A DNA stretch of 64,000 nt from contig JAJFUH010000038.1 of assembly GCA_021372535.1 (NCBI GenBank), positions 12,719-76,718 on the forward strand, given 5' to 3'. The stretch comes from a bacterium (GTDB taxonomy: Bacteria > Latescibacterota > Latescibacteria > Latescibacterales > Latescibacteraceae). How positions within the stretch are numbered: the stretch's first letter is position 1; every line of letters begins with the position of its first letter. Made by a program: the position numbers and the translations under genes. Below, piece after piece: positions 7,992 to 17,985 of the stretch. The notes under the pieces are model-generated. The model saw only the letters and a list, made by a program, of their open reading frames with translations, ran no database searches and had not been told where the DNA came from.

Positions 7992-8972
7992 ATGAATGCC
8001 GTTCCTGATCAGGAAACGTATGTACCGATATATCTCGGCACCATGAGAGCCAACACATTACAGCTATTCAGTATTTATATCAAGATTGCTGATAATTATG
8101 TGCTCTATCATACCGGGGGTGAACGACTCAACGAGGAGGTGCTCAATAAACTCATCTATAATAAAATAACGTTTGTGTATATCAGGAAAAAAGATACCGG
8201 TGCTTATAATGAGTACCTTGCCGAAAATCTTTCCTTGATTCTTCGGGATCCAGTTACATCTGTCGAAGAAAAAGCCGAAATAGCTAATTACTCCATTAGA
8301 ACCATCGCCCATTATATTTTCGAACAGCCTGACCCCGCCAATCTGAAACTCTTCAGGCAGTCCGTTGTTTCGGCAACGGATTTTATCCTTAATTATGAAG
8401 AAGCAATATATGCACTCATCCGTATGACATCATACAATTTCACCATTCCGAATCATTCCATTAATGTTGGTATTTTTGCCACGGGACTCGCAAAAACAAT
8501 TTTACGCAATGATCCGGCGCACAAAATACAGGAAATTGCAATGGGATTTTTCCTCCATGATATCGGCAAGAGCCTGATCCCCGAGAGTATCATGAACAAA
8601 CCGGGACCCCTGACCCACAGCGAATGGAAAACCATGAAACTCCATCCGTCAGAGGGATTCAAGCTTCTTACGAACAACAATATCCGCAGCGAGGAAATCA
8701 AAATAATCGTTACCCAGCACCATGAGCGTAACAGCGGAAAAGGGTATCCCCGGGGTTTGAAAGGGAATCAGATCCACATGTACAGCAAGATATGCCTGAT
8801 CGCAGATATTTTTGAGGCGCTCACATCCCACCGGCCTTATAAAAAACGTCACGACAGCTCGTTCAACGCTCTTCTCACCATGAAAAATGAAATGCTCAAG
8901 GAATTCGATCCGTTCTTTTTTCAGCAATTCGTTCTCCTTTTCCGAAATACCTTCGGGACATCCCATATATAA
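7992..8972 (+). CDS. HD-GYP domain c-di-GMP phosphodiesterase, paralog 1 of 3, with an uncharacterised roughly 150-aa N-terminal domain (possibly DUF3391-like)
   Basis: Motifs present are HSINVG, FFLHDIGK, HPSEG, HHERNSGKGYP and IADIFEALTSHRPYKK. Confidence 0.8.
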   Translation: MNAVPDQETYVPIYLGTMRANTLQLFSIYIKIADNYVLYHTGGERLNEEVLNKLIYNKITFVYIRKKDTGAYNEYLAENLSLILRDPVTSVEEKAEIANYSIRTIAHYIFEQPDPANLKLFRQSVVSATDFILNYEEAIYALIRMTSYNFTIPNHSINVGIFATGLAKTILRNDPAHKIQEIAMGFFLHDIGKSLIPESIMNKPGPLTHSEWKTMKLHPSEGFKLLTNNNIRSEEIKIIVTQHHERNSGKGYPRGLKGNQIHMYSKICLIADIFEALTSHRPYKKRHDSSFNALLTMKNEMLKEFDPFFFQQFVLLFRNTFGTSHI

Positions 8973-9373
8973 AAAAATACCATACGTAATACATGAATCG
9001 GATTCATGCTCTGCATATAAAAGCCCGGAATTCCCGTTCATCCGGTATGGTTGCCCTGTTTGATCATACCTTATTATAAGAAATTCCGTGAGGATACTGA
9101 GTATTTCCCACGGCACAACCATGAGAAGTATTTTAAAAAAATAGGGGGTTGCTAAAAAATAACTTTCCTCTTGCTCAAGATTTTTATATCCTTCCTACTA
9201 CGGATCAGGTTTTGACAACACCTGCATTATCTGATATGGCTTTTGATTAATCGTATTACAATGAAACACTCCGTTCCTGACAAAGGTTATTAATAATAGT
9301 TACCTGTACCAGGAATGTTTATGGTTTGTACTGAAAAATATAATACGGTACTTTTTCGAGGTTATAGACTGAA

Positions 9374-10372
9374 ATGGATCAGACACCACCTGCAGAATTC
9401 ATTCCCATTTATCTCCGAACTATGCGTGTCAACACATTGCAGTCTTTCAGTATATACATTAAAGTTGTCGATAATTATGTACTCTATCACAGCGGAGGCG
9501 AAAAATTAACCGAGGGTGTTCTCAACAAGCTTATTGAAAATAAAATAGTTTATGTCTATATCCGTAAGCAGGATACGGAGGCTTATTTACAGTATCTTTC
9601 GGAAAATCTTTCAAAAACGCTCAAAGACCCCGATGTTTCTCTCAAGGAAAAATCCGAAATCGCCAATGTTTCTATACGCAGCATCGCCTTTACCTTTTTT
9701 GATAAACCCAGCGAAGAAACCCTTAAACAGTACATGACATCCGTCGCAACATTGGCCGAATATATCCTTACATATGAAGAAGCAATTTATACCCTCATAC
9801 GCCTGACTTCGAACAAATACGGTATTTCAACCCATTCTATCAATGTCGGTATGTATGCGACAGGCCTCGCGAAAAATCTCCTGGCCGACGATCCCAGTCA
9901 TAATATCAAGGAAATTTCGGCGGGATTTTTTCTCCATGATGTCGGTAAAAGTCTCATACCCGGACAGATTCTCTATAAAAACGGTCCGCTGACTCACAGC
10001 GAATGGAAAACCATGAAACGTCACCCCACCGAAGGATTCAAACTCCTCAATCAGTTCAATCTCAACAGTAATGAAATAAAAATCATCACAACACAGCACC
10101 ATGAAAGGAAAAACGGTAAAGGTTATCCCATCGGCATCAAAGGTGACGGTATTCACATATACAGTAAGATATGCAGTATCGCCGATTCGTTCGAAGCCCT
10201 TACTGCGACCAGACCATATAAAAAAAGGAACGAAAGCTCCTTTAACGCTCTCCTGATATTGAAGAATGAAATGATGAATGAATTCGATCCGTTCTTTTTC
10301 CAGCAGTTTGTCCTTCTGTTCCGCGAAGCACTCGAGCAGTCGAAACCTAAAACTGTCGTACAGTTATCGTAA
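9374..10372 (+). CDS. HD-GYP domain c-di-GMP phosphodiesterase, paralog 2 of 3
   Basis: Motifs present are HSINVG, FFLHDVGK, HHERKNGKGYP and IADSFEALTATRPYKK. It is colinear with paralogs 1 and 3. Confidence 0.8.
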   Translation: MDQTPPAEFIPIYLRTMRVNTLQSFSIYIKVVDNYVLYHSGGEKLTEGVLNKLIENKIVYVYIRKQDTEAYLQYLSENLSKTLKDPDVSLKEKSEIANVSIRSIAFTFFDKPSEETLKQYMTSVATLAEYILTYEEAIYTLIRLTSNKYGISTHSINVGMYATGLAKNLLADDPSHNIKEISAGFFLHDVGKSLIPGQILYKNGPLTHSEWKTMKRHPTEGFKLLNQFNLNSNEIKIITTQHHERKNGKGYPIGIKGDGIHIYSKICSIADSFEALTATRPYKKRNESSFNALLILKNEMMNEFDPFFFQQFVLLFREALEQSKPKTVVQLS

Positions 10373-10737
10373 TGATTGCCTGATACTTTTCCTTGAATAT
10401 CCTCTGTTCCTGACAGATATCATTATCTGGCTTCCGATAATCATTCCTGCTGTTCCCATGCCCTCCGTGTCTCAGTAGTGAAAATATTTGAACTTCCATG
10501 CTTTTTATAAGATATAACCGGATAAGTATATGTGTTTGATGAAATAATCGAGTGTCCGGCTGTTCCGGTTTTTGTATGTCCTTTTAATCGTTTTAAATTA
10601 CAGCCAAATACATAAAACATTTACTGATTTTTGATTTAAGATTGTTTTTAAACTTGACTTTAGTAAATTCAGGTAGCATAGTAGCATGATAGTGAGTATT
10701 TCAACAAGAAATACGTTTATTCGGGAGACAGAGTTTT

Positions 10738-11712
10738 ATGTTTCAGACTATGGATCAGGTTTATTATGAGGTACCACTTAATTCGATAAGGATCGATTCA
10801 GAGCCGTATTTCAATATTTATAATAAGATAGAGGATGAATATAAGTTCTTTCATTCTAAGGGAGAACCGTTTACCGATGAAAATCTCGACGGGTTTCTCA
10901 GCAAAGGAATCATGTCGGTTTTTATCCATGCGAACGATTCCAAATACTACAGCCAATATCTGGCCGATAATCTCACTGACATTCTCGGCAATCCGAACAT
11001 GACTGTCAATGAAAAGGCGCAATTTTCCCATGCGGGAATCACCGGTGTTGCCCGGATTCTTTTCGAACAGCCAAAGCTTGAAATAATACGGTTATTCAAA
11101 TCCTCGATATCATCCGTGACTGATTTTGTACTCGAAGATGAAGATGCCATCAGCGAGCTTATTCGCCTGACATCATACAGTTTCAGTCTGTCGACACATT
11201 CTGTCAATGTCGGTATCTTTGCGCTGGGTCTGGCAAAAATGCTTCTGGGTAATGACCCGTTCCATAATATGCGTGAAATCGCCGCCGGATTTTTCCTCCA
11301 TGATATCGGTAAAAGCATGATACCTCAGTCAGTTCTGCATAAAGCCGGCCCTCTGACTCATAACGAGTGGAGAAGTCTCAAGCTGCATCCGACGGAAGGT
11401 TATAAACTCCTGAATCAATTTAAAATCTGCAATAATGACATAAAAACAATCGTCATGCAGCACCATGAACGTAACAACGGGAGAGGGTACCCGTACGGTT
11501 TACATGAAGATGAAATCCACCTGTACAGTAAAATCTGCAGTATTGCCGATGTTTTTGAAGCGCTCACATCTCATCGTCCTTACAAAAAGGAGAGTAAAAG
11601 TTCGTTTTCCGCATTACTTATCCTGAGAAAGGAAATGGCAAAAGAGTTCGACCCGCATATGTTCCAGCAGTTTGTTCTCCTGTTCCGTAACGCATACGAT
11701 ATTCAATCATGA
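10738..11712 (+). CDS. HD-GYP domain c-di-GMP phosphodiesterase, paralog 3 of 3
   Basis: Motifs present are HSVNVG, FFLHDIGK, HHERNNGRGYP and IADVFEALTSHRPYKK. GGGAGA lies 8 nt upstream of the ATG. Confidence 0.8.
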   Translation: MFQTMDQVYYEVPLNSIRIDSEPYFNIYNKIEDEYKFFHSKGEPFTDENLDGFLSKGIMSVFIHANDSKYYSQYLADNLTDILGNPNMTVNEKAQFSHAGITGVARILFEQPKLEIIRLFKSSISSVTDFVLEDEDAISELIRLTSYSFSLSTHSVNVGIFALGLAKMLLGNDPFHNMREIAAGFFLHDIGKSMIPQSVLHKAGPLTHNEWRSLKLHPTEGYKLLNQFKICNNDIKTIVMQHHERNNGRGYPYGLHEDEIHLYSKICSIADVFEALTSHRPYKKESKSSFSALLILRKEMAKEFDPHMFQQFVLLFRNAYDIQS

Positions 11713-11812
11713 AAAATGGCAGCAGATTTTTTTGTTCTTTTCATTTCTGCCGGGCGTACTATATCATATAGTTTGTAAGTTATCGAAAATCATATAACGG
11801 TGGATTTTATAT

Positions 11813-12544
11813 ATGAAACGGTTTTCATTTATCGCTCCGGCGCTTCTTGTACTTTCTCTGGCAGGTTGTATTTTCGATCATGATGACAGCGGAGACAGGC
11901 TTCGGGCCGAACGGTATTTTCCCCTGAAGGAAAACACTTCATGGACATACCGGGATACGTACGGAAATGGCCTTGAAGGAACCAGCACCCTGGCTATAAC
12001 CGGGAAAAAAACACAAGAAGGTCATGAATACGCTGTTTTTTGTGTAGAAGGGACAGAGACCGAAAACTATTTCCGTATCGAGAATAACGTTGTCTACGTC
12101 TACATGGGCAATACCGCAGCGCTGCCTCTGCCGGAAAATTCACAGCGCCGGCGAGCGGCGATGCCTGCCTTCGTAATGAGTGCCGGAGAGCACGAATGGC
12201 CTTATTTCGATTTCTCTGCGAAAATCGGGGATACGTGGGAAATTTACCGGGATAAGCTCAGTCTCGTTGATGCGGTAACGGATGTTGTGATTACGGGAAA
12301 ACTGACAACCGGCGCTGTTGAAGTCGAAAGCGGGTCATACGGGGACTGCGCGATATTCGCCATAACCACGGTAAGGGAAACCGTCTATTCCGATAACCGT
12401 CCCGCCAGGAATGAGAAAAACACGGTGACATGGTGGCTCGCCCGCGATATAGGTCTGGTTAAACAGACCCAGGAAATTCAGAGCGGCGACAATCCGCCGG
12501 AAATCATCGAATCCGAGCTCCTGTATTACTCCGTTCCCTTTTAG
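11813..12544 (+). CDS. Lipoprotein of the repeated uncharacterised domain family (paralog of 5657-6349)
   Basis: The lipobox is LSLAGC followed by IFDHD. It carries the same YFPL...W.Y...G..VesGsYgdC...WWLARDIGLVK pattern. Confidence 0.6.
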   Translation: MKRFSFIAPALLVLSLAGCIFDHDDSGDRLRAERYFPLKENTSWTYRDTYGNGLEGTSTLAITGKKTQEGHEYAVFCVEGTETENYFRIENNVVYVYMGNTAALPLPENSQRRRAAMPAFVMSAGEHEWPYFDFSAKIGDTWEIYRDKLSLVDAVTDVVITGKLTTGAVEVESGSYGDCAIFAITTVRETVYSDNRPARNEKNTVTWWLARDIGLVKQTQEIQSGDNPPEIIESELLYYSVPF

Positions 12545-12553
12545 CTCGATCTG

Positions 12554-12600
12554 TTCACATTTTTAAATAGAACACGGATTTTCGCGGATTTGATTTTTAT
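12554..12600 (+). promoter_or_regulatory. Conserved intergenic motif, copy B (TTCACATTTTTAAATAGAACACGGATTTTCGCGGATTTGATTTTTAT)
   Basis: It lies between convergent genes (lipoprotein stop at 12544, amidohydrolase stop at 12754). It has the same core as copies A and C. Confidence 0.45.
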
Positions 12601-12753
12601 ATACCGTTGTATGCATGTCGACTTTTTTAATTGTAGCTATATATAGTATTAATAATATATTATGTCTCTTTCTGCCTTTATGGTTAAGCATATTTCACGA
12701 ATAGTCAGTCTTTGGTGACGGCTGAGAATCCTGTCCATTTACCGCTCAGCTCC

Positions 12754-14085
12754 TCATTCCAGCCTGAACAGATTTCGGGCGTTTCCGCTGAGAATCCGTG
12801 CCGCGACGTCCACAGCCTCGGTTTCGGTCATGAGCCCCATGGTCACCTTCTCCGCAAGAACATGGGCGATATTTTCCCGCGCAATCTCGAGAGAACCCCA
12901 GACCGTTTCCGGTACGAGCGCATCACCGCCAAATCCGTGGATTTTATTTACCGGAACCAGGTCGAGCATATGCGAAAGCCCCTCACGGGCGCCTTCCGGG
13001 ACAATGATATGTACCCATGTCAGGTCGAGCGACACATTGGGGAACTGTTTGGCAAGGCATGCCGTTTCCTTCATCCACGGGTAGCCCGAATGAAGGAGAT
13101 GGAACCGTACTTTCGGGTATTTGACAAAAAGATTCGTAAGCAGGGAAGCCCGCGAATTTACAACTTCGTTGCCCATGTGGGTCTGGATGCCGGTGTGAAC
13201 AATCACCGGGAAACCATGCTCCTCGGCGCGGTCGAGGATACGGTGCAGGACGAAATTCTCGAAGGGGCGGGCTTCTGCGAACGAGAGAGTTTCTTCGAGA
13301 TGCGGGAGCCGCCGCAGCGTAAAGATACGCTTCATCACCCGCTCGGCCTCGTCACGGGTGCTGTCTTCGTAGTGCAGGTCCCGCAGGTAGGCATCGGCAA
13401 TCTTGAGCGCGATCCGTTTGTCCTTTTTCCAGCGGTCGAACTGTTCGTCCATGACATCGAGGAGATGATCGATGTTACGGATTGTCCTGCCGAACATTTT
13501 TTCCAGATTGGCAAGTCCTCCCGGCAGGTACATATAGGAAAAATGCCTGAACCGCGAGACAAACCGCAGGAGCTCGCGGTCCATCCGCTCGTATGCCCCC
13601 GGAAGCGCCATGGTGTCGATATCGTTCACAATGTGCGTGATTCCGCAGATTTCTCCGAACAGTTTCCGATAGACGCCCGGTTTCATGAGCGCAGCGAGTT
13701 TTTCCGTAACTTCATGGTATGTGCCGTCGGTCAGGTCGTCGATTCCGAGCAGTTTTTTCATTGAATACCGCGCGGCGCGGCAGTATCCGGTATAGCGGGA
13801 ATGTTCCCAGTACGGCTTTATATACTTCCATTTCTCATCGAGCGAAAGCGCTCGCCCGTTGATACGCAGCACCGATCCGAGTGTCTCCCTGTATTCCAGA
13901 AGATTGGGAATTTCCATACCCGCGCTCATGAGATCATCGATGGTATACCACGATGTGAATCTCCCGAAATCGGCGTTTTTTTCAAGATAGTCCTCTTCCG
14001 GATACATGAGGTGTTCATGCATGTCTACAACCGCCATGGAATCGATTTCGGTTTTCAAACGTTGGTAGAGCTCCCTGCCTGGCAT
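12754..14085 (-). CDS. Amidohydrolase-superfamily (amidohydrolase-2-like) metal-dependent hydrolase
   Basis: The N-terminus has VVDMHEHL, an HxH metal-binding motif, followed by HTGIQTH and LLHSGYPW. AAGGAG lies 8 nt upstream of the ATG. Confidence 0.6.
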   Translation of the reverse strand: MPGRELYQRLKTEIDSMAVVDMHEHLMYPEEDYLEKNADFGRFTSWYTIDDLMSAGMEIPNLLEYRETLGSVLRINGRALSLDEKWKYIKPYWEHSRYTGYCRAARYSMKKLLGIDDLTDGTYHEVTEKLAALMKPGVYRKLFGEICGITHIVNDIDTMALPGAYERMDRELLRFVSRFRHFSYMYLPGGLANLEKMFGRTIRNIDHLLDVMDEQFDRWKKDKRIALKIADAYLRDLHYEDSTRDEAERVMKRIFTLRRLPHLEETLSFAEARPFENFVLHRILDRAEEHGFPVIVHTGIQTHMGNEVVNSRASLLTNLFVKYPKVRFHLLHSGYPWMKETACLAKQFPNVSLDLTWVHIIVPEGAREGLSHMLDLVPVNKIHGFGGDALVPETVWGSLEIARENIAHVLAEKVTMGLMTETEAVDVAARILSGNARNLFRLE

Positions 14086-14500
14086 GCGATTCTCCTTTTT
14101 ATCGAGTCGTATTATCGAGTGAACGTAATCGATATGATGCTTAAAAAGGTAATATGGATAATGTTAATAGTTTGTTCTCTCGTTTCAAATGAAAATTCTA
14201 CCTATCAATACCCGGTAACGATAATTGTCGCCCATCGGCTTCTGAGAGTAAACCGATTCCTGACACAGGAGTGTTCCTCTGCTGCAACGGTGTAGCACAG
14301 TACCAGTACTCAATCGGACTAACATTTTGCACCGCGACCTCCCGGGCAGCTCCGGTATCGGAGAAACACGATTGATGTACACGGATTACTTATTTTTTTG
14401 ATGTACATATGCAAAAGAGAATTGTAAAATGCGATAAAAGCAGTTAATATAAGGAATATGGTAAACTGTCCACCCGGCTTGTTATACAGGAATAACGATT

Positions 14501-15619
14501 GTGATACGTATTATCTGTGTTTGCGGGGCACGTCCCAATTTTATGAAGATTGCCCCCCTCATGCATATTTTGAAACAAAAACCGGATTTTGAAACTCTTC
14601 TCGTGCATACCGGACAGCACTATGATAAGAACATGTCCCGCCAGTTCTTTGAAGAGCTCGATATCCCCAAACCCGATATAAATCTGGAGGTCGGCTCCGA
14701 CAGTCATGCTGTCCAGACTGCGAAAATCATGATGGGATTCGAGCCGGTTGTCCTCGATTTCAAGCCCCGCTATGTTCTCGTGGTTGGTGATGTCAACAGC
14801 ACCATCGCCTGCGGTCTCGTTGCGGTGAAGCTCGGCGTGAAGCTCATCCATGTCGAAGCCGGCCTGCGAAGCTTCGACCGGACGATGCCGGAGGAGATCA
14901 ACAGGATTCTGACCGATTCCATCAGCGACATGCTGTTCGTCAGCGAGCAGTCGGGTGTCGACCAGCTTCTCAGGGAAGGTATCGACCGGAAAAAGATTCA
15001 TTTTGTCGGCAATGTCATGATCGATACGCTCCTCGCCAACATCAAAAAAGCCCGGGAATCGTCAATTCTCGGCAGGCTCGGTCTTTCGCCACGCCGCTAT
15101 GTCGCCGTGACGCTTCACCGTCCGAGCAATGTCGATGACTACAAAAATTTCGGGAGTATTCTCGGCGCTTTCGAGACAATCGGGCATGAGATGAAGATCG
15201 TGTTTCCCATCCATCCCCGGACACGTAAAAATATCGGGAACATGGGATTTTCGGATCGTATAGCTTCCATGAAAAATCTTGAAATTACCGACCCGCTCGG
15301 TTATCTCGATTTTCTGTGGCTCATGAATAATGCCGCTGTCGTTCTGACAGACTCCGGCGGAATTCAGGAGGAGACGACGATTCTCGGTGTTCCGTGCATG
15401 ACGCTCCGTGAAAATACGGAACGGCCGGTGACGATAACTGAAGGAACCAACCGTCTCGTTCCCCTGACCACCCGTGATATCCTCTTCCACTTCAACACCA
15501 TCATCGGTCAGGGAATCACACCTGCTCCCCGAGTGCCGAAATTCTGGGATGGGAAAGCCGCGGAGCGTATCGTCGCGATCATTGAAAGCGATCACGGCCT
15601 ATCGGGTGAGACAGCATGA
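14501..15619 (+). CDS. wecB: UDP-N-acetylglucosamine 2-epimerase (non-hydrolysing)
   Basis: The segment MIRIICVCGARPNFMKIAPL...HTGQHYD...EAGLRSFD... is a characteristic WecB/MnaA N-terminus. The start codon is GTG. The stop overlaps the next gene (ATGA). Confidence 0.85.
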   Translation: MIRIICVCGARPNFMKIAPLMHILKQKPDFETLLVHTGQHYDKNMSRQFFEELDIPKPDINLEVGSDSHAVQTAKIMMGFEPVVLDFKPRYVLVVGDVNSTIACGLVAVKLGVKLIHVEAGLRSFDRTMPEEINRILTDSISDMLFVSEQSGVDQLLREGIDRKKIHFVGNVMIDTLLANIKKARESSILGRLGLSPRRYVAVTLHRPSNVDDYKNFGSILGAFETIGHEMKIVFPIHPRTRKNIGNMGFSDRIASMKNLEITDPLGYLDFLWLMNNAAVVLTDSGGIQEETTILGVPCMTLRENTERPVTITEGTNRLVPLTTRDILFHFNTIIGQGITPAPRVPKFWDGKAAERIVAIIESDHGLSGETA

Positions 15620-17829
15620 ATCCGGTATCACTGGCAGGAAGAATATTCAGGGGATTGATGGGACGGCTCCGTAACTACGGTAATCGCATGGCGACGATCA
15701 CACTGTCGGGGGGAATACGTACGGTGTTACGCAGGATTAAAGCTCGATGGTCACGTAAAATACGAATTCTTCAGGCAAAGCTCGGGAAAACCGAACTTTC
15801 CGACGCCGCTTTTTTACAGAGTCTCGAGCTGCCTTTTTCGCAGTCGTGGAAATCGTATCTCGACCATATGGCCACCCGGAGCGAGCCCCGTTTTTTCTTC
15901 GCAGGTACGTCCACGGAAGAAATCCGTATGGCAATCGAAACCGGATTCAAAGAGCATGAATTGCAGACTATAATCGCCGCCGACCGTGTGTGCGGTCATG
16001 TGTTCGATCTCCTCGGTTCGGGTCCGATACGGCTCGGTGACACGATAGACTGGCATACGGACTTCAAGACGGGCCACCGGTTCGACCCCTGGGTATATTA
16101 CACCGATGTCCGGTATGCGCCGTATAAAGTGGGCTTCGACATCAAGGTTCCATGGGAGCTGAGCCGCGCCCAGCACCTTGTCTGGCTCGGTCAGGCGTAT
16201 CTGCTCGCCAAAGATGAACGGTACGCCCGTGAATTTGTCTCCGAAGTGACCGGCTGGATAAAACACAATCCCCCCCAGTTCGGAATCAACTGGACCTGCA
16301 CGATGGATGTGGCGATACGGGCGGTCAACTGGATATGGGGGTATTACCTCTTCAGACAATCGCCGTCGCTCACCAAACCGTTTCTCGAAAAATTATTCAA
16401 AAGCCTCCTCATTCACGGCCGTCATATCAGAAACAATCTCGAATGGTCGGAATGGCTGACAAGCAATCACTACCTCTCGAACATCGTCGCTCTCGTATAC
16501 CTCGGAATTCTCTTTACCGAATTCGGGGAGGCGCAGTCATGGCGCGAATTCGGCCTCAGGGAGCTGGAAAACGAGATGTTCAGGCAGGTTTACGAGGACG
16601 GTGTCGATTTCGAGGCATCGGTGACCTACCACCGGATGGTGACGGAGTTTTTCCTGTCGGCCACGATTCTCGCCCGGCTGAACGGACATACGTTCAGCGC
16701 CGGGTATATGGAGCGGCTCGAAAAGATGGTGGAGTTCGTCATGCACCTCACCAAGCCGGACGGCACCGTACCCATTGTCGGCGACAACGACAATGGCCGC
16801 CTGCACAGGCTGAAAGCATGGATGGACGACCCGCTCAGGGAATGGTACGATCACCGGTATCTTCTTTCCATCGGGGCGGTGCTGTTCGACCGTAAAGATT
16901 TCGCCCGTTCGGCGGGAAACGAATGGGAAGAGGCGCTCTGGCTTTTTGGGAAGAAGGCATATGACCTCAAAGTGGCGTTCGAAAGCACCGATAATCTGCC
17001 GCTTGAATTATCTTCATGTTGTTTCAGGGATTCCGGCTTTTATATTATGAGGAGCGGATCGTGGTACATGAATATCAACGCCTGCCCGAACGGCCAGAAA
17101 GGGAACGCCGGTCATGCGCATAACGACTCGCTCGGATTCGAGCTCTACGGTGCAGGCACGACATGGATCATGGACCCGGGAACGTATGTCTACACCTCCG
17201 ATTACGATGCGCGGAATCTTTTCCGATCATCGAAGATGCACAGTACGGTAACTGTCGATGATGAGGAACAGAACCGCGTTGATCCCATGATCCTGTTCCA
17301 GATGAAGGACGACGCTCATCCCCGTGTTCTCCGGTGGGAAGAAACCGGCGCATACAGCCTGTTTGTCGGGGAACATGACGGTTATATGCGGCTGGAAAGC
17401 CCGGTAATGCACCGTCGGGCAATTTTTTTCGACAGGCGCGACGAGGTCTGGCTCATTCGTGATACGTTTGCCGGAGACGGGAAACACACGTATATGTTCA
17501 CGCTCCCGTTTACTCCGGGAATCAGCATCGGAACGCCGGGATTCTATGAACACCGTACCGCGGCAGTCGACAGTGCAATGCATAAACTTCACGTGGTATC
17601 CCTCGGCCCGGAATCGTCCGTGATGACCGTGCAGGATAGCTCGGTAGCACCCGGGTATGGCTCGAAGCTGAGCGCCCCGAAAGTTGTGTTTACATGGGAT
17701 ACCACACAGGAATTTCTGCTGGCGCTTGCCATCGAAACGGATGCGGAACCGGTGGACGGGCGGATTTCAAGGGCGCTTGAACACATGAAAACGGTTGATA
17801 AGGATGAGATAAACGGGACTTATACATGA
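15616..17829 (+). CDS. Heparinase II/III-like family protein (cytoplasmic type, often co-located with WecB and Gfo/Idh/MocA oxidoreductases in polysaccharide loci)
   Basis: Motifs present are WELSRAQHLVWLGQAYLL, NWTCTMDVAIRAVNW, NHYLSNIVALVYLG and HAHNDSLGFELYGAG. The start is translationally coupled to wecB. Confidence 0.75.
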   Translation: MNPVSLAGRIFRGLMGRLRNYGNRMATITLSGGIRTVLRRIKARWSRKIRILQAKLGKTELSDAAFLQSLELPFSQSWKSYLDHMATRSEPRFFFAGTSTEEIRMAIETGFKEHELQTIIAADRVCGHVFDLLGSGPIRLGDTIDWHTDFKTGHRFDPWVYYTDVRYAPYKVGFDIKVPWELSRAQHLVWLGQAYLLAKDERYAREFVSEVTGWIKHNPPQFGINWTCTMDVAIRAVNWIWGYYLFRQSPSLTKPFLEKLFKSLLIHGRHIRNNLEWSEWLTSNHYLSNIVALVYLGILFTEFGEAQSWREFGLRELENEMFRQVYEDGVDFEASVTYHRMVTEFFLSATILARLNGHTFSAGYMERLEKMVEFVMHLTKPDGTVPIVGDNDNGRLHRLKAWMDDPLREWYDHRYLLSIGAVLFDRKDFARSAGNEWEEALWLFGKKAYDLKVAFESTDNLPLELSSCCFRDSGFYIMRSGSWYMNINACPNGQKGNAGHAHNDSLGFELYGAGTTWIMDPGTYVYTSDYDARNLFRSSKMHSTVTVDDEEQNRVDPMILFQMKDDAHPRVLRWEETGAYSLFVGEHDGYMRLESPVMHRRAIFFDRRDEVWLIRDTFAGDGKHTYMFTLPFTPGISIGTPGFYEHRTAAVDSAMHKLHVVSLGPESSVMTVQDSSVAPGYGSKLSAPKVVFTWDTTQEFLLALAIETDAEPVDGRISRALEHMKTVDKDEINGTYT

Positions 17830-17985
17830 CGAAATATTTTATTACGCTTCTTTTTGAAATAGATGCCGAAACGAGTTCGGCATGACGGTCATCCCGAACT
17901 CATTTCAATATCTAACCATTTATAATACAATTAGTTATGTAAATACGCAACCATTTCGATATACAGTGATATTACGGGGTAATGA

